This document shows positions 1 through 9,522 of a stretch of DNA of 64,000 bases, piece by piece. Made by a program: the position numbers and the translations under genes. The notes under the pieces were generated by a model. The model saw only the letters and a program-made list of their open reading frames with translations. It was not told the origin of the DNA and did not search any database. The DNA comes from Terriglobia bacterium (lineage in GTDB: Bacteria > Acidobacteriota > Terriglobia > 2-12-FULL-54-10). Every line of letters starts with the position of its first letter. Position 1 is the first letter of the stretch. The stretch lies in the NCBI GenBank assembly GCA_963666975.2, contig CAXVYR010000004.1, positions 32,001-96,000 on the forward strand, read 5' to 3'.

Positions 1-713
1 CTCACCGAAAAGCCCGCGTCCTTGATGCCTGCGTCCGCCTCCTCCGGGTCGCCTCCCAGCAGGTTGAAAGCTGCCAAGGGCCGGTCAATCCAGGGAAGTG
101 AATGGTTGTGCAGAGCATTCACCTTTCCAAAGCCTGCCCTCATCCTGCCGGCCTTGAGAAGAAAGCCTCCGGGCAGGGCCGGGAAAGTGATATAACCCTC
201 CTCCACCTCTACTCCTTCCTCGCCGAGCGCAACGAAGAAGTCGGCTCGGGCGTAGGGGTCGACGATAGCCTGGAGGCTGATCTCGCTCTCGGCCAGCGAC
301 AAGGCCGCCGACGGATCAACCCGGTTGTGTCCCGACGCTCCGGTAAAGTTGCCGATCACGCCGATGTCCGGGTTGAGTATCTTGGTTTGGGAAGCGGCTC
401 CTCCGTAGACCGGCAAGGGAGCGGACGGGGCCTGCAAATTTCCCGGCGATGCCGCCGGACTAGCCGGCTGGGCCGCAGAAGCAGTCGTCGCTGGAGCGGG
501 AACCTCTGGTGTGGAGACAGAAGTCGCAGACAAGACCGCGTGGAGCAACTCGACTTCCGCTTCGAGGGCATGGATACGCTCCTCCATGGCCCGGAAGCGG
601 GCTGCCAGATCATCTGCTGCGGCATCCACTCCTTGCGCCTCCACCTTCTGTACACAAAGAGCAGTAGAAACAAAACAAAGCAAGCAAACATACACAGCGA
701 GGGTCTTCAGCAT
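1..713 (-). CDS. Outer-membrane beta-barrel protein, putative metal (Zn-type) uptake porin/receptor; runs off the window edge
   Basis: Not in the ORF track (no stop in window). Hand translation from ATG 713 with GGAGG RBS: signal peptide MLKTLAVYVCLLCFVSTALC, coiled coil, Pro/Ala linker, then LNPDIGVIGNF...ESEISLQAIVDPYARADFF...VEEGY...GRMRAGFGKVNALHNH...WIDRP, a motif string I recognise from zinc-regulated OM receptor-like proteins. Confidence 0.7.
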   Translation of the reverse strand, partial: MLKTLAVYVCLLCFVSTALCVQKVEAQGVDAAADDLAARFRAMEERIHALEAEVELLHAVLSATSVSTPEVPAPATTASAAQPASPAASPGNLQAPSAPLPVYGGAASQTKILNPDIGVIGNFTGASGHNRVDPSAALSLAESEISLQAIVDPYARADFFVALGEEGVEVEEGYITFPALPGGFLLKAGRMRAGFGKVNALHNHSLPWIDRPLAAFNLLGGDPEEADAGIKDAGFSV

Positions 714-756
714 GTTTCCCCCTCCATAATGAAATTCAATGGCTGCGCACTGTGCC

Positions 757-855
757 GCGACAACAACTTTTTCAACAACTTTGTCGCGATCACAACTTTG
801 TCGCGCAACTTTGTCGCGATCACAACTTTGTCGCGATCACAACTTTGTCATGACA
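757..855. repeat. Imperfect tandem repeat, unit CAACTTTGTCGCGATCA (about 17 bp, 4-5 copies)
   Basis: Directly visible, intergenic. Confidence 0.9.
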
Positions 856-933
856 ACAGCAGGCAGCCGGACTGCCTCGCAAAGTGCGGAACAGGATTTC
901 ACCAGTAACGAGTCAATTGGAAAACGGATTCGT

Positions 934-1311
934 TTAGACGGAAGGAGGCGCGCGGATAAGACGGGCGGCCAGTGCAGTCTGCACAGTGGCCGTAGCGGGA
1001 ACTCGCTCAGTCATTTTGAGTGAGCCCCGTGGAGCCGTAAAAAGGGCACTGCTCAGGAAAGCGGGAAAATGGTGGTGATGGGATGAGGCGCAGCCATGGC
1101 CCGGTATTTTGCAATCGGAATGGCTGTCTGGCGCGCCGGTGCCGCCCTCCTCAGAGAGAGCGCCGATCGAGATGCTGGAATCGTGGACCGGATGAGGAGT
1201 CGCCACCAAGTGCAACCCCATATCCCAGACAAACAACAGCAGCAGCAGCGTAGCCAGACGCTGCCGGAAGAGCTTCGACCTGTTGGCCAACTGAAGGAAA
1301 CTTTGCATCAT
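934..1311 (-). CDS. Small exported Cys/His-rich protein with C-terminal RAPP motif (DUF2946/CruR/CutF-like leader)
   Basis: Hydrophobic segment LATLLLLLFVWDMGL, metal-binding-like HSDCKIPGHGCASSHHHH, ends IRAPPSV; co-oriented upstream of the OM protein. Confidence 0.75.
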   Translation of the reverse strand: MMQSFLQLANRSKLFRQRLATLLLLLFVWDMGLHLVATPHPVHDSSISIGALSEEGGTGAPDSHSDCKIPGHGCASSHHHHFPAFLSSALFTAPRGSLKMTERVPATATVQTALAARLIRAPPSV

Positions 1312-1312
1312 T

Positions 1313-1381
1313 GTTCAGTATCAGCGGTTCAGTATCACAGGTTCCGTATCAGCAGTTCAGTATCAGCGGTTCAGTTTCAGG
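1313..1381. repeat. Imperfect tandem repeat GTTCAGTATCAGCG (about 14 bp, 5 copies)
   Basis: Directly visible; abuts the start codon of the RAPP ORF. Confidence 0.9.
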
Positions 1382-1436
1382 AACCAGCTTCAATGACTAG
1401 TTTGAATGTAACAAGCCTCCTGGTTCCGGTCAAGGC

Positions 1437-3419
1437 TTACAACGCCCGCACAATCTCCTCCACGGCCAGAGGGTTTTCGAGAGCGGAGAGGTCGCCCGTT
1501 TCCTCTCCCAGGTAGGCGGCGCGGACGACGCGGCGCATGAGCTTGGCGTTGCGCGTCTTGGGCAGGTCGCCGACAAACTTCACCGTGCGGGGCTTCAGCG
1601 GCTTGCCTAGAGCTTGCGCCACGCACTCCCGCAGTTCTTCCCGCAGTTCATCTCGCCTCAGTTCGTCCCGCAGCGCTTCATCGCCCGCGCGGCCCGGCCT
1701 CAACACACAGAAACACGCCAGCTCCTGCCCCTTGACCGGGTCGGGAACTCCCACGCATGCCGCCTCGGCCACCGCTTCATGCCCCACCAGGACCGATTCC
1801 ACCTCGGCCGGGCCCAGGCGCTTGCCCGCCACCTTGATGGTGTCATCCGAGCGCCCCAGGATGTACCACATCCCGTCGCCGTCCACCGCCGCCCAGTCGC
1901 CATGCGTCCACAGACCAGGGAATCGCTCCCAATAGGTTTCCCGGTACCGCTCCGTGTCCTTCCAGAAGCCGCGCGTCATCCCGATCCAGGGACGGCGGAT
2001 CACCAGCTCGCCCACATGCCCTCGAACGGGCCGCCCGTTTTCGTCCACCACGTCGGCGGCCATGCCAGGCACAGGTCCGGAGAATGCCGTGGGCTTGAGC
2101 GGCAGCAGCAGGTTTCCTCCCAGGATGCCTCCTGAGATTTCCGTCCCGCCTGAGTAGTTGATGATGGGAAGCCGCCCGCCGCCGACCGTCTGAAAGAACC
2201 AGTTCCAGGGGTCTGGATTCCATGGCTCGCCCGTGGAGCCGAGAATCCGTAGCGAAGACAACTCGTGCTGCCTGACCGGCTCTTCGCCGTGCTGCATCAA
2301 GGAGCGCACCAAGGTGGGAGAGATTCCCAAAACCGAAACGCGGTGCCGCGCGACGAGGCTCCACAAACGGTCCGGGGCCGGGTAGTCCGGAGCGCCATCG
2401 TAGAGCAACAAGGTAGCCCCCAGCAACGTGCCGCCATAAACCAGCCATGGGCCCATCATCCAGCCCATATCGGTCAGCCAGTAAACCGTGTCTTCCCCGT
2501 GAACGTCCATGCAGTGGGCCATGTCTTGCGCCGCCTTGATGGGAAACCCGCAGTGAGTGTGCACCGCGCCTTTGGGCTCACCCGTGGTGCCTGAGGTGTA
2601 GATGAGCATCAGGGGATCTTCCGCGTCGGTAGTTTCGGTTGCACTCGGAGAGGACTCCGAAGAGATCAGATCGTGCCACCAATGGTCCCGTCCGTTTGTC
2701 CATGCTATTTTCATTCCGGTGCGACGGAGGACGATCAGGTGTTCGAGCGAGGGGGTAAGCGCGGCTGCCTGGTCGGCCACTTCCTTCATTGCAACCGTGT
2801 GGCCGCGCCGGTAGAAACCATCGGCGGTGAATAACGCCCTGGCCCCGGCGGAGGTCAGGCGCGAAGCAACCGCCTTGGCGCCGTAGCCGGAAAACAACGG
2901 CAAAAAGATAGCCCCGATCTTAGCGATGGCGAACAGAGCGATCACGATCTCCGGCGTCATGGGCATGAAGACGCCGATCACATCGCCCTTTTTCAACCCC
3001 AGTTGCCGCAGCGCCCCGGCCATTCGGCTGACTTCCCCGCAGAGCGCCCCGTAGGTCAGCGTGCGCTCGCCGCCCTCTTCACCCTCCCAGCGGATCGCAA
3101 TGCGGTCCTCGACTGGCGTGCCCATCCACTTGTCCAGGCAGTTGTCCACAATGTTCATGCGGCCGCCTATGCACCATCGCGCCCAGGGCTCGCCCTGCGA
3201 TGTGTCCAGGATTTTTCGGTAAGGCGTGGAGAAACGGATGCCGAGGTCCTGAATCACCGCCTCCCAGAACCATTCGATGTCTTCCGTTGACCGCCGCATG
3301 AGTTCTTCAAACGAGGCGATGTTGTGCGCCTTCATGAAGGCGGCCAGCCGGCTGCGCCCCGCCTGCTCCGGCGTAGGCCGCCAGACAATTTCTCCTCCGA
3401 AGTCCACTTGTGGCTCCAT
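1437..3419 (-). CDS. AMP-forming acyl-CoA synthetase (acetate--CoA ligase-like)
   Basis: YTSGTTGEPKG AMP-binding motif, GRSDDTIKVAGKRLG, LPKTRNAK. Confidence 0.92.
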   Translation of the reverse strand: MEPQVDFGGEIVWRPTPEQAGRSRLAAFMKAHNIASFEELMRRSTEDIEWFWEAVIQDLGIRFSTPYRKILDTSQGEPWARWCIGGRMNIVDNCLDKWMGTPVEDRIAIRWEGEEGGERTLTYGALCGEVSRMAGALRQLGLKKGDVIGVFMPMTPEIVIALFAIAKIGAIFLPLFSGYGAKAVASRLTSAGARALFTADGFYRRGHTVAMKEVADQAAALTPSLEHLIVLRRTGMKIAWTNGRDHWWHDLISSESSPSATETTDAEDPLMLIYTSGTTGEPKGAVHTHCGFPIKAAQDMAHCMDVHGEDTVYWLTDMGWMMGPWLVYGGTLLGATLLLYDGAPDYPAPDRLWSLVARHRVSVLGISPTLVRSLMQHGEEPVRQHELSSLRILGSTGEPWNPDPWNWFFQTVGGGRLPIINYSGGTEISGGILGGNLLLPLKPTAFSGPVPGMAADVVDENGRPVRGHVGELVIRRPWIGMTRGFWKDTERYRETYWERFPGLWTHGDWAAVDGDGMWYILGRSDDTIKVAGKRLGPAEVESVLVGHEAVAEAACVGVPDPVKGQELACFCVLRPGRAGDEALRDELRRDELREELRECVAQALGKPLKPRTVKFVGDLPKTRNAKLMRRVVRAAYLGEETGDLSALENPLAVEEIVRAL

Positions 3420-3683
3420 CTTGACACACTCCCCGCCTCTATCTTACTCGTAACTGGTCTTTAGCTTACTGGAAATACTGGTTGCGAATCGGCTTCCGCT
3501 GAATATGATTACTTTATAGATCATAACCTGTATCGCAAACATGAAATTCTGTTACGACCAAGAACTAGGTTTCTCCGAATGTAGCGCAAGAACTTACATC
3601 GGCTCGGAAGACACCGTTTTCGGCACATTGAGTTCCTAAGCCTCTACCAGTACAATTTCATCCATAACTACGTTGCTTAGCAG

Positions 3684-4688
3684 TTGATGAAATGCCACCG
3701 AAGGAACCTAGATATGCCGATCCCGAATGATGTTATCTTCGCCTGCCTCGCGCTGGATGGGCCATTTTTGGTCCACGGCGCGGGTGACGTGATTGTGTCC
3801 AATCCCGTATCTGTCCACCGGGCTGTACCCGTCCAACTCGACAACACTTGGCTTGATTGGCTTGGAAGTGTCCTAGTTGGGCAGTTGCAGCAGTGCCAAT
3901 TTGCTGTGCTTTCAACACAGCCATACACTGCCAGAAACCAAGGCAGGGCTGAGGAGGAACGCCGGGATATCCTGTATAAATTTCACTATGGGCTCCTCCT
4001 GCAAGGCATGGCGTACAGCCACGGCGGATTAGTGATAACTGGAGCCACGCCAAACGGTCAACTTGCTGTAGAGTCTGTATCTATCCCTCCGCCGCACCCG
4101 TTCCTAGACTACAGGCGAGCAGGGCAAATTTCTCGTGCGATCATAGATCGAGCGTCGGCACTCGTACCTATAATCAGAGGGATGTACGGTCGCCCACACC
4201 GATACATACGATTGAGGCGCGGACTCGTAGCGTGGTTACAAGGAATTCACTCTCTCAGCGCAGACGATAGACTTCATAATTTCATCCGGGCTATCGAAGC
4301 AATTACGAAGCCCGACAGGTACCGAATAACACGTACCTTTGTTGACCGTGCACAACTCTTTATTGGCCCAGGAGCCCGTAAAGAGTCCCTTCTGTTTCAG
4401 CTTTATAACCTTCGCAGTTGTATTGAGCACGTCAAGACATGGCGCAAGGAATTGCGTGTACCCCGCCCCCTTCTCCGAAACCAAGCCTTTGGACTACGCG
4501 CCTTTCAGGCAGAGGTTATTGCAAGCTCTATTTATATACGGATTTTTGAAAGACCAGACTTAATGCTCGCGCTGGCAACAGAGGCACAGTTCAATCGCTT
4601 TTGGAAAAGACCGTCATCTGAACGGGAGCTTTTATGGGGACCGCCCATTGACTTACGACGGGAACAAGCGCAGTGCTTTATTCCTTGA
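3684..4688 (+). CDS. Hypothetical protein with probable ApeA-like HEPN domain
   Basis: 334-aa ORF, visibly lower GC than flanks; DRLHNFIRAIEAI helix and LYNLRSCIEH (R-x4-H); start uncertain (3684-3714). Confidence 0.6.
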   Translation: MMKCHRRNLDMPIPNDVIFACLALDGPFLVHGAGDVIVSNPVSVHRAVPVQLDNTWLDWLGSVLVGQLQQCQFAVLSTQPYTARNQGRAEEERRDILYKFHYGLLLQGMAYSHGGLVITGATPNGQLAVESVSIPPPHPFLDYRRAGQISRAIIDRASALVPIIRGMYGRPHRYIRLRRGLVAWLQGIHSLSADDRLHNFIRAIEAITKPDRYRITRTFVDRAQLFIGPGARKESLLFQLYNLRSCIEHVKTWRKELRVPRPLLRNQAFGLRAFQAEVIASSIYIRIFERPDLMLALATEAQFNRFWKRPSSERELLWGPPIDLRREQAQCFIP

Positions 4689-4815
4689 ACACACGGGCCA
4701 TATAGTATGTCCCGCCGTTAAGAGACGAGAGCCCGAACGACGTAAACTGAATGGCACCGCCAGCTTTTGGTATGATTTCTGCGCCTGTGTGAAAACTACG
4801 GTGAAGGCAAAGCAA

Positions 4816-4902
4816 TCTGAGCCGAGCGCGTTAGCAAGCGGTCAGACATAGCCCGGAATTTACCGTGAGGTTTTGACCGCTCCATTACTGTCGCGGCTCG
4901 GA
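4816..4902. repeat. REP-like inverted pair (family A)
   Basis: TCTGAGCCGAGCGCGTTAGCAAGCGGTCA...TGACCGCTCCATTACTGTCGCGGCTCGGA; reverse-orientation relative of 29469-29555; between convergent genes. Confidence 0.85.
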
Positions 4903-4923
4903 ATCGGGTTGGTAGGACCTGCT

Positions 4924-6096
4924 TTACCGGCTGCGCCCTTCGTTCCGGCGGCGCAAAAAGGCGGGCACGTCGAGGTCTTGTTTCTCAAAGGAACCGGTTA
5001 AAACGCCGGGCGCGTTGGGAGACGAAGAAGCATTCCAGCCTCGGGAAGGCCCGTCCGAAGCCGCGCCAGCGGCCGCCGCACTGGCTTTCCGGCTGGCCCC
5101 TACCGTCTCGGGCTTGAAGCCGGTGGCGATCACGGTGATCTTGACTTGGTCCTTCATATTTTCATCCATCACCGCGCCAAACAGGATGTTGGCATCTTCG
5201 TGCGCCGCCTGCTGGATCAGCATGGAGGCCCCTTGCACCTCTTGCAGACGCAGGTTGCTGGAGCCGGTGATGTTGATCAGCACTCCGCGCGCGCCGTCAA
5301 TAGAAGCGTCCTCCAGCAAGGGGCTGGCGATGGCTTTGCTGGCGGCCTCCTGAGCGCGGTTGGTGCCGCTGCCTACGGCCGTCCCCATCACCGCGTAACC
5401 CATCCCTTGCATGACGGTTTTCACATCGGCGAAGTCGCGGTTGATGATTCCCGGAATGGTGATGATGTCGCTGATGCCCTGGACCGCCTGGCGCAAGATG
5501 TCATCGGCCAGGCGAAACGATTCGAAAAAGCCCGTGTCCTCGCCCATTTGCAGGAGGCGGTCATTGGGGATTGTGATCACGGTGTCCACGCTCTCGGCCA
5601 AGTCCGTCAGGCCTTGCTCGGCCTGCCGCGTCCGCCGCTTCCCCTCGAAGCTGAACGGCGTTGTGACCACGGCAACCGTCAGGGCGCCCAATTCATTGGC
5701 GAGGCTGGCGACAATGGGCGCGGCCCCGGTGCCGGTGCCTCCGCCCAGGCCCGCCGTCACGAAAACCATGTCGGCCCCTTCCAGCATTTCGATCAGCTTG
5801 TCGGTGTCCTCCAGGGCGGCTTTGCGCCCCAGTTCCGGATCGGCTCCCGCGCCGAGTCCCTTGGTGAGCTTGGCGCCGATTTGGATTTTGACGGGAGCTT
5901 GGGAAAGCTTCAAAGCTTGGAGGTCGGTGTTGGCCACCAGGAACTCGACGCCTTCCAGCCGCGCGTCGATCATGCGGTTGACGGCGTTGCTGCCGCCCCC
6001 GCCCACGCCAAGCACTTTGATCTTGGCCCCATTTTGCAGGCCTTCTTGAAACGAAAAGCGGATGGAATCTTCCACGGTTGCTTTCTCCGATTGCAT
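4924..6096 (-). CDS. ftsZ: Cell division protein FtsZ
   Basis: [17 protein letters not shown] tubulin signature, C-terminal DVPAFLR. Confidence 0.99.
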   Translation of the reverse strand: MQSEKATVEDSIRFSFQEGLQNGAKIKVLGVGGGGSNAVNRMIDARLEGVEFLVANTDLQALKLSQAPVKIQIGAKLTKGLGAGADPELGRKAALEDTDKLIEMLEGADMVFVTAGLGGGTGTGAAPIVASLANELGALTVAVVTTPFSFEGKRRTRQAEQGLTDLAESVDTVITIPNDRLLQMGEDTGFFESFRLADDILRQAVQGISDIITIPGIINRDFADVKTVMQGMGYAVMGTAVGSGTNRAQEAASKAIASPLLEDASIDGARGVLINITGSSNLRLQEVQGASMLIQQAAHEDANILFGAVMDENMKDQVKITVIATGFKPETVGASRKASAAAAGAASDGPSRGWNASSSPNAPGVLTGSFEKQDLDVPAFLRRRNEGRSR

Positions 6097-6265
6097 GGCG
6101 CCTTCCTCCGTAGAGAAATCGTTCTTTTCAGGCTACGACACGCTCCATGCCACAATACGATAAAGATGCGGCCAGCGGCAGACTATTTCCGCCGCCGAAC
6201 CATTTTGTTTCTTATCGGACACTCTCCGGGTTTTCCGGCAGGCGCGAACCGGCAAAACGCCTTTC

Positions 6266-7576
6266 CTACTTTTTCCCCGCGAGCAGGCTTTTCAAACGGC
6301 CTCCCCAGCTTTGGTTCTGATCCGCGCGCAGCCTCCGGACCTTCTGCCCGGAGAGCAACAATCCGACGAGCGTGGTGTAGTCCAGTTGATCTAAAGACGC
6401 AGGCAGGTCCGCGATCTTCGGCGGCAATCCGAGACGCGCCGGGCAGTCGAAGACCTGCTCGGCCAGATCGCACATTCCATTCAGGCGCGCTCCGCCGCCG
6501 GAAAGAACCACGCCCGCCCCCAGTTGCTGATCCAGATCGTACCGGCGCAGCTCATCCAGCGCAAGGCCCAGCAGCTCCTGCGCCCGCGGTTCCAGAATTT
6601 CCGAAAGCCTGCGGTGAGCCATAAACCGGGAAGGGCGGCCGCCCAGGCTGGGCACCTCAATCGAGGTGCCTTCGTGACTCCAGTCCGCCAGGACCGACCC
6701 GAACATCTTCTTGATCTTCTCCGCCTCCGGCAAAGGGGTGTGCAGACCGACCGCCACGTCGCTGGTGAAGTGGTCGCCTCCGACCGCGACCCCCGCGGAC
6801 ATCCGCAGGCTTCCCTGATGGTAGGCAGCCAGCTCGCAACTGCCTCCGCCGAGATCAACCACCAGCACCCCCAACTCCCGCTCCTCCGGAGCCAGTAGCG
6901 CTTCACCGGCCGCCAGGACTTCCAGCACCACGGCCTCCACCAGAAGCCCGGCGCGATTCGCGGCCGTGACTACGTTGTGGTTCGCGGTCACCGAAGCGCT
7001 GACAATATGGGCCTGGACCTCCAGATGCAAGCCCTTCATTCCAACCGGGTCGTAAATCCCCGGCTCGGAATCCACGCTGAATTCCTGCGGAACCACATGC
7101 AGGATTTCCCGGTCTTCCGGAAGCCGCAGCGGCCGGACGGCTTCCATCACGCGCCACACGTCCTCCCGGGTGACCTCGCGCGCGCGGGAAGAAAACCTCA
7201 GGCTGCCCCGGCCGGACGCACCCTGTATGAAAGGCCCTCCAACCCCCACCACCGCCGACTCCACCGGCACGCCCGCCGCATTCTCGGCTTCCGTCACAGC
7301 CTGTTGAATTGAGCCCACCACTTGGTCCAGGCTTGCAATCGTTCCCCGGTTCCACCCCTGGGAGTCCGCTTCGCCGAAACCGAGAAAACGCAATTGGGAA
7401 GCCTCCCCGGCTATGCTGCTGCCGGGAATGGAAGGCGAGGCTCCCGCAGAGATCGCAGAGTGACTATCTCGCGTGGCGCTGGCATTCTCACCGGGCGGGA
7501 GCATCTCGGCCACCAGCACTCGCGTCTTGGTGCTGCCCAAATCCAGGGATGCCAAATACCGGCTCTTATCGCTCAT
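6266..7576 (-). CDS. ftsA: Cell division protein FtsA
   Basis: DLGSTK, VDLGGG, GGDHFTSD; dcw position; about 30-aa low-complexity insert near the N-terminus. Confidence 0.97.
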   Translation of the reverse strand: MSDKSRYLASLDLGSTKTRVLVAEMLPPGENASATRDSHSAISAGASPSIPGSSIAGEASQLRFLGFGEADSQGWNRGTIASLDQVVGSIQQAVTEAENAAGVPVESAVVGVGGPFIQGASGRGSLRFSSRAREVTREDVWRVMEAVRPLRLPEDREILHVVPQEFSVDSEPGIYDPVGMKGLHLEVQAHIVSASVTANHNVVTAANRAGLLVEAVVLEVLAAGEALLAPEERELGVLVVDLGGGSCELAAYHQGSLRMSAGVAVGGDHFTSDVAVGLHTPLPEAEKIKKMFGSVLADWSHEGTSIEVPSLGGRPSRFMAHRRLSEILEPRAQELLGLALDELRRYDLDQQLGAGVVLSGGGARLNGMCDLAEQVFDCPARLGLPPKIADLPASLDQLDYTTLVGLLLSGQKVRRLRADQNQSWGGRLKSLLAGKK

Positions 7577-8517
7577 AAAGATGCTTCGGATGGAGTTACA
7601 TTGGGACGGGATGCATTGGGGCGAGACTGTTCCGCTGAGGAACCGAAATCCGCCGGGGGCGCGGACCCTCTGGCTGGGTCTGCGTTAATGACGACTTGCC
7701 CTCCGTAGCGGAGGTCGATGGATTGGATGCTCGGGAACTTTTGTTTCCACTCCTGGATGTGGCCGAGGTAAATCCGGTAGCGGGCCAAGAAGTCCTCCTT
7801 ACCTAAATGAAGCAGAATGGCCCCGGCGGAATCAGCCACCACCACGCGGGCATCGCGCGGGTCGCGGAGGTCCACCTCGGAGATTTTTTCGCTGTATGGC
7901 GGATCACCGCTATTCAATTCCTCCATCACCGCCTGAAACAGTTGCATTCGGGAACGCCGCGTTTCGGGAGAATCGTCGCCAGAAATTCCCCGGACCACCG
8001 GAAACGTGAAGACGGCTTTCTGCGGGTAGTCCAGAATGACTCCCTCTTCATCCACCAACGCCATGCCGGCAGGGCTCCAGACAAACGCGACGGGGACCCT
8101 TTCCTGGACCTCAACCCAGAGCCGGTTGGGAAAGATGCGCCCCACTGCGGCGGACCGCACCCAGGGCAACTGCTCGATTTCCCTTCCTCGCTGGCGGAGA
8201 GGAGCCCGCAGAATGCTCTTTCCCCTATCCGCTAAAAACATCTCCTCCATCTGGCTTTGGGCGACAAACTCAGCGCCATGAATCTCAATAGAGGCCAGAT
8301 GAAAGCGGGGGTTATAAAGACCGAACTCCACCGCAGACCAGACCACCCAGACGGTGGCGCTCACCAGCAGGACCGCCAGGAAACCCCTCCAGACACGGCC
8401 AGCCAGGCCCCGGCGGAAGCGGTCCTTGCGGACTTTCACCGGGCGCTGGCGGCGGAGAGAGGCGGACTCTTCCGGCTTGCCGTAATACCGGGCGGTCTCA
8501 AAGCGTCTTTCACTCAT
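7573..8517 (-). CDS. ftsQ: Cell division protein FtsQ/DivIB
   Basis: TM helix, POTRA (LPWVRSAAVGRIFPNRL), IDLRY; upstream of ftsA. Confidence 0.93.
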   Translation of the reverse strand: MSERRFETARYYGKPEESASLRRQRPVKVRKDRFRRGLAGRVWRGFLAVLLVSATVWVVWSAVEFGLYNPRFHLASIEIHGAEFVAQSQMEEMFLADRGKSILRAPLRQRGREIEQLPWVRSAAVGRIFPNRLWVEVQERVPVAFVWSPAGMALVDEEGVILDYPQKAVFTFPVVRGISGDDSPETRRSRMQLFQAVMEELNSGDPPYSEKISEVDLRDPRDARVVVADSAGAILLHLGKEDFLARYRIYLGHIQEWKQKFPSIQSIDLRYGGQVVINADPARGSAPPADFGSSAEQSRPNASRPNVTPSEASL

Positions 8518-8613
8518 CTTTGATTACTCATCTTTGCTTACTCATCTTGCGTTTACTCTTCTTGCATTTCTCATTTTGCACTCAGCTTGGCGGCGGTCGA
8601 TTTCTCCAGACCC

Positions 8614-9522
8614 TCAATTTCTCCAAACAATGACTTCTTCTTCCAGCTCCACTCCGTAAGCTTCGAGAACGCGCTCTTGAATTTTTTCCATCAAACGAAA
8701 AATGTCGGCGGCGGCAGCCTGATGGCGGTTCACGATGAAGTTGGCATGGCGCTCGCTGATGACCGCCCCTCCCTGGCGCAATCCCTTCATTCCCAACTGG
8801 TCGATCATCTTTCCCGTCGAGAGGCCCGGCGGGTTCTTGAAGATGCATCCCGCGCTCTTTTCCTTGAGCGGCTGCGAGCCGAGTCGCCGCCGGTTCAGCG
8901 CTTTCACCTCCGAGAGAATCGCGGAGTAAGGCTTCTCGGGCAGCTCCAGCGTGACCGACAGCATGACGTCGTCCGGGGCGAAGCCGCTTTGCCGGTAGGC
9001 GAAGCCAGCCGCAGCTGCCGGCAAATCTTCCCGGACTCCCGCCGCCCCCCGGAAGACGGAGACGGACCGGACCAGCGGCCCGATCTCGGTTCCGTAGGCC
9101 CCGGCGTTCATCCGCAGCGCCCCGCCCACCGAACCGGGAACCCCCACCAACCCTTCCATGCCGCCGAGATTCCGTTTGGCGCACTCCATCACCGAGCGGC
9201 CCAAGGCGGACGCAGAAGCGATCCGGACAGTGTGGCCGTTAAATACCAGATCGTGCGGGCCGGGAACTAATTGCAGCACCACTTTCCGCAGCGGCTCGTC
9301 CGGAACCAGCACGTTGGTTCCGCCCCCTAGCAGGGACCAGGAGATTCCGCGCTGCCGGAGCCCTTCCACTAAAGGCTCCAGGGCGTCCACGCGGTGGAGG
9401 AAAAAGAAATCGGCCTCGCCTCCCACGCCGAGCGAGGTGTAGCGCCCCAATCGCTGACGGGGCAGAAAGCGAGCGCCCCAGTCCTCTGCCTGCTTCACGA
9501 ATTCCGCGTCATGAACCATCAT
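8614..9522 (-). CDS. murB: UDP-N-acetylenolpyruvoylglucosamine reductase
   Basis: GGGTNVL, PGSVGGALRMNAGAYG, SAGCIFKNP, HANFIVN; start set at ATG 9522. Confidence 0.96.
   Translation of the reverse strand: MMVHDAEFVKQAEDWGARFLPRQRLGRYTSLGVGGEADFFFLHRVDALEPLVEGLRQRGISWSLLGGGTNVLVPDEPLRKVVLQLVPGPHDLVFNGHTVRIASASALGRSVMECAKRNLGGMEGLVGVPGSVGGALRMNAGAYGTEIGPLVRSVSVFRGAAGVREDLPAAAAGFAYRQSGFAPDDVMLSVTLELPEKPYSAILSEVKALNRRRLGSQPLKEKSAGCIFKNPPGLSTGKMIDQLGMKGLRQGGAVISERHANFIVNRHQAAAADIFRLMEKIQERVLEAYGVELEEEVIVWRN

Noticed and set aside
757-855. Possible CRISPR array
   Set aside because: Units are adjacent without unique spacers, and no cas genes are present in the window
102-908. 268-aa plus-strand ORF
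   Set aside because: Antisense shadow of the minus-strand OM protein gene, extended through the repeats
1398-1415. Zur/Fur box upstream of the RAPP ORF
   Set aside because: Only a weak TTG-N7-CAA symmetry
5146-6624. Long antisense ORFs (also 16364-17890, 31894-33171, 51193-52593, 53601-54740)
   Set aside because: Typical GC-rich shadows of well-identified genes, with no motifs
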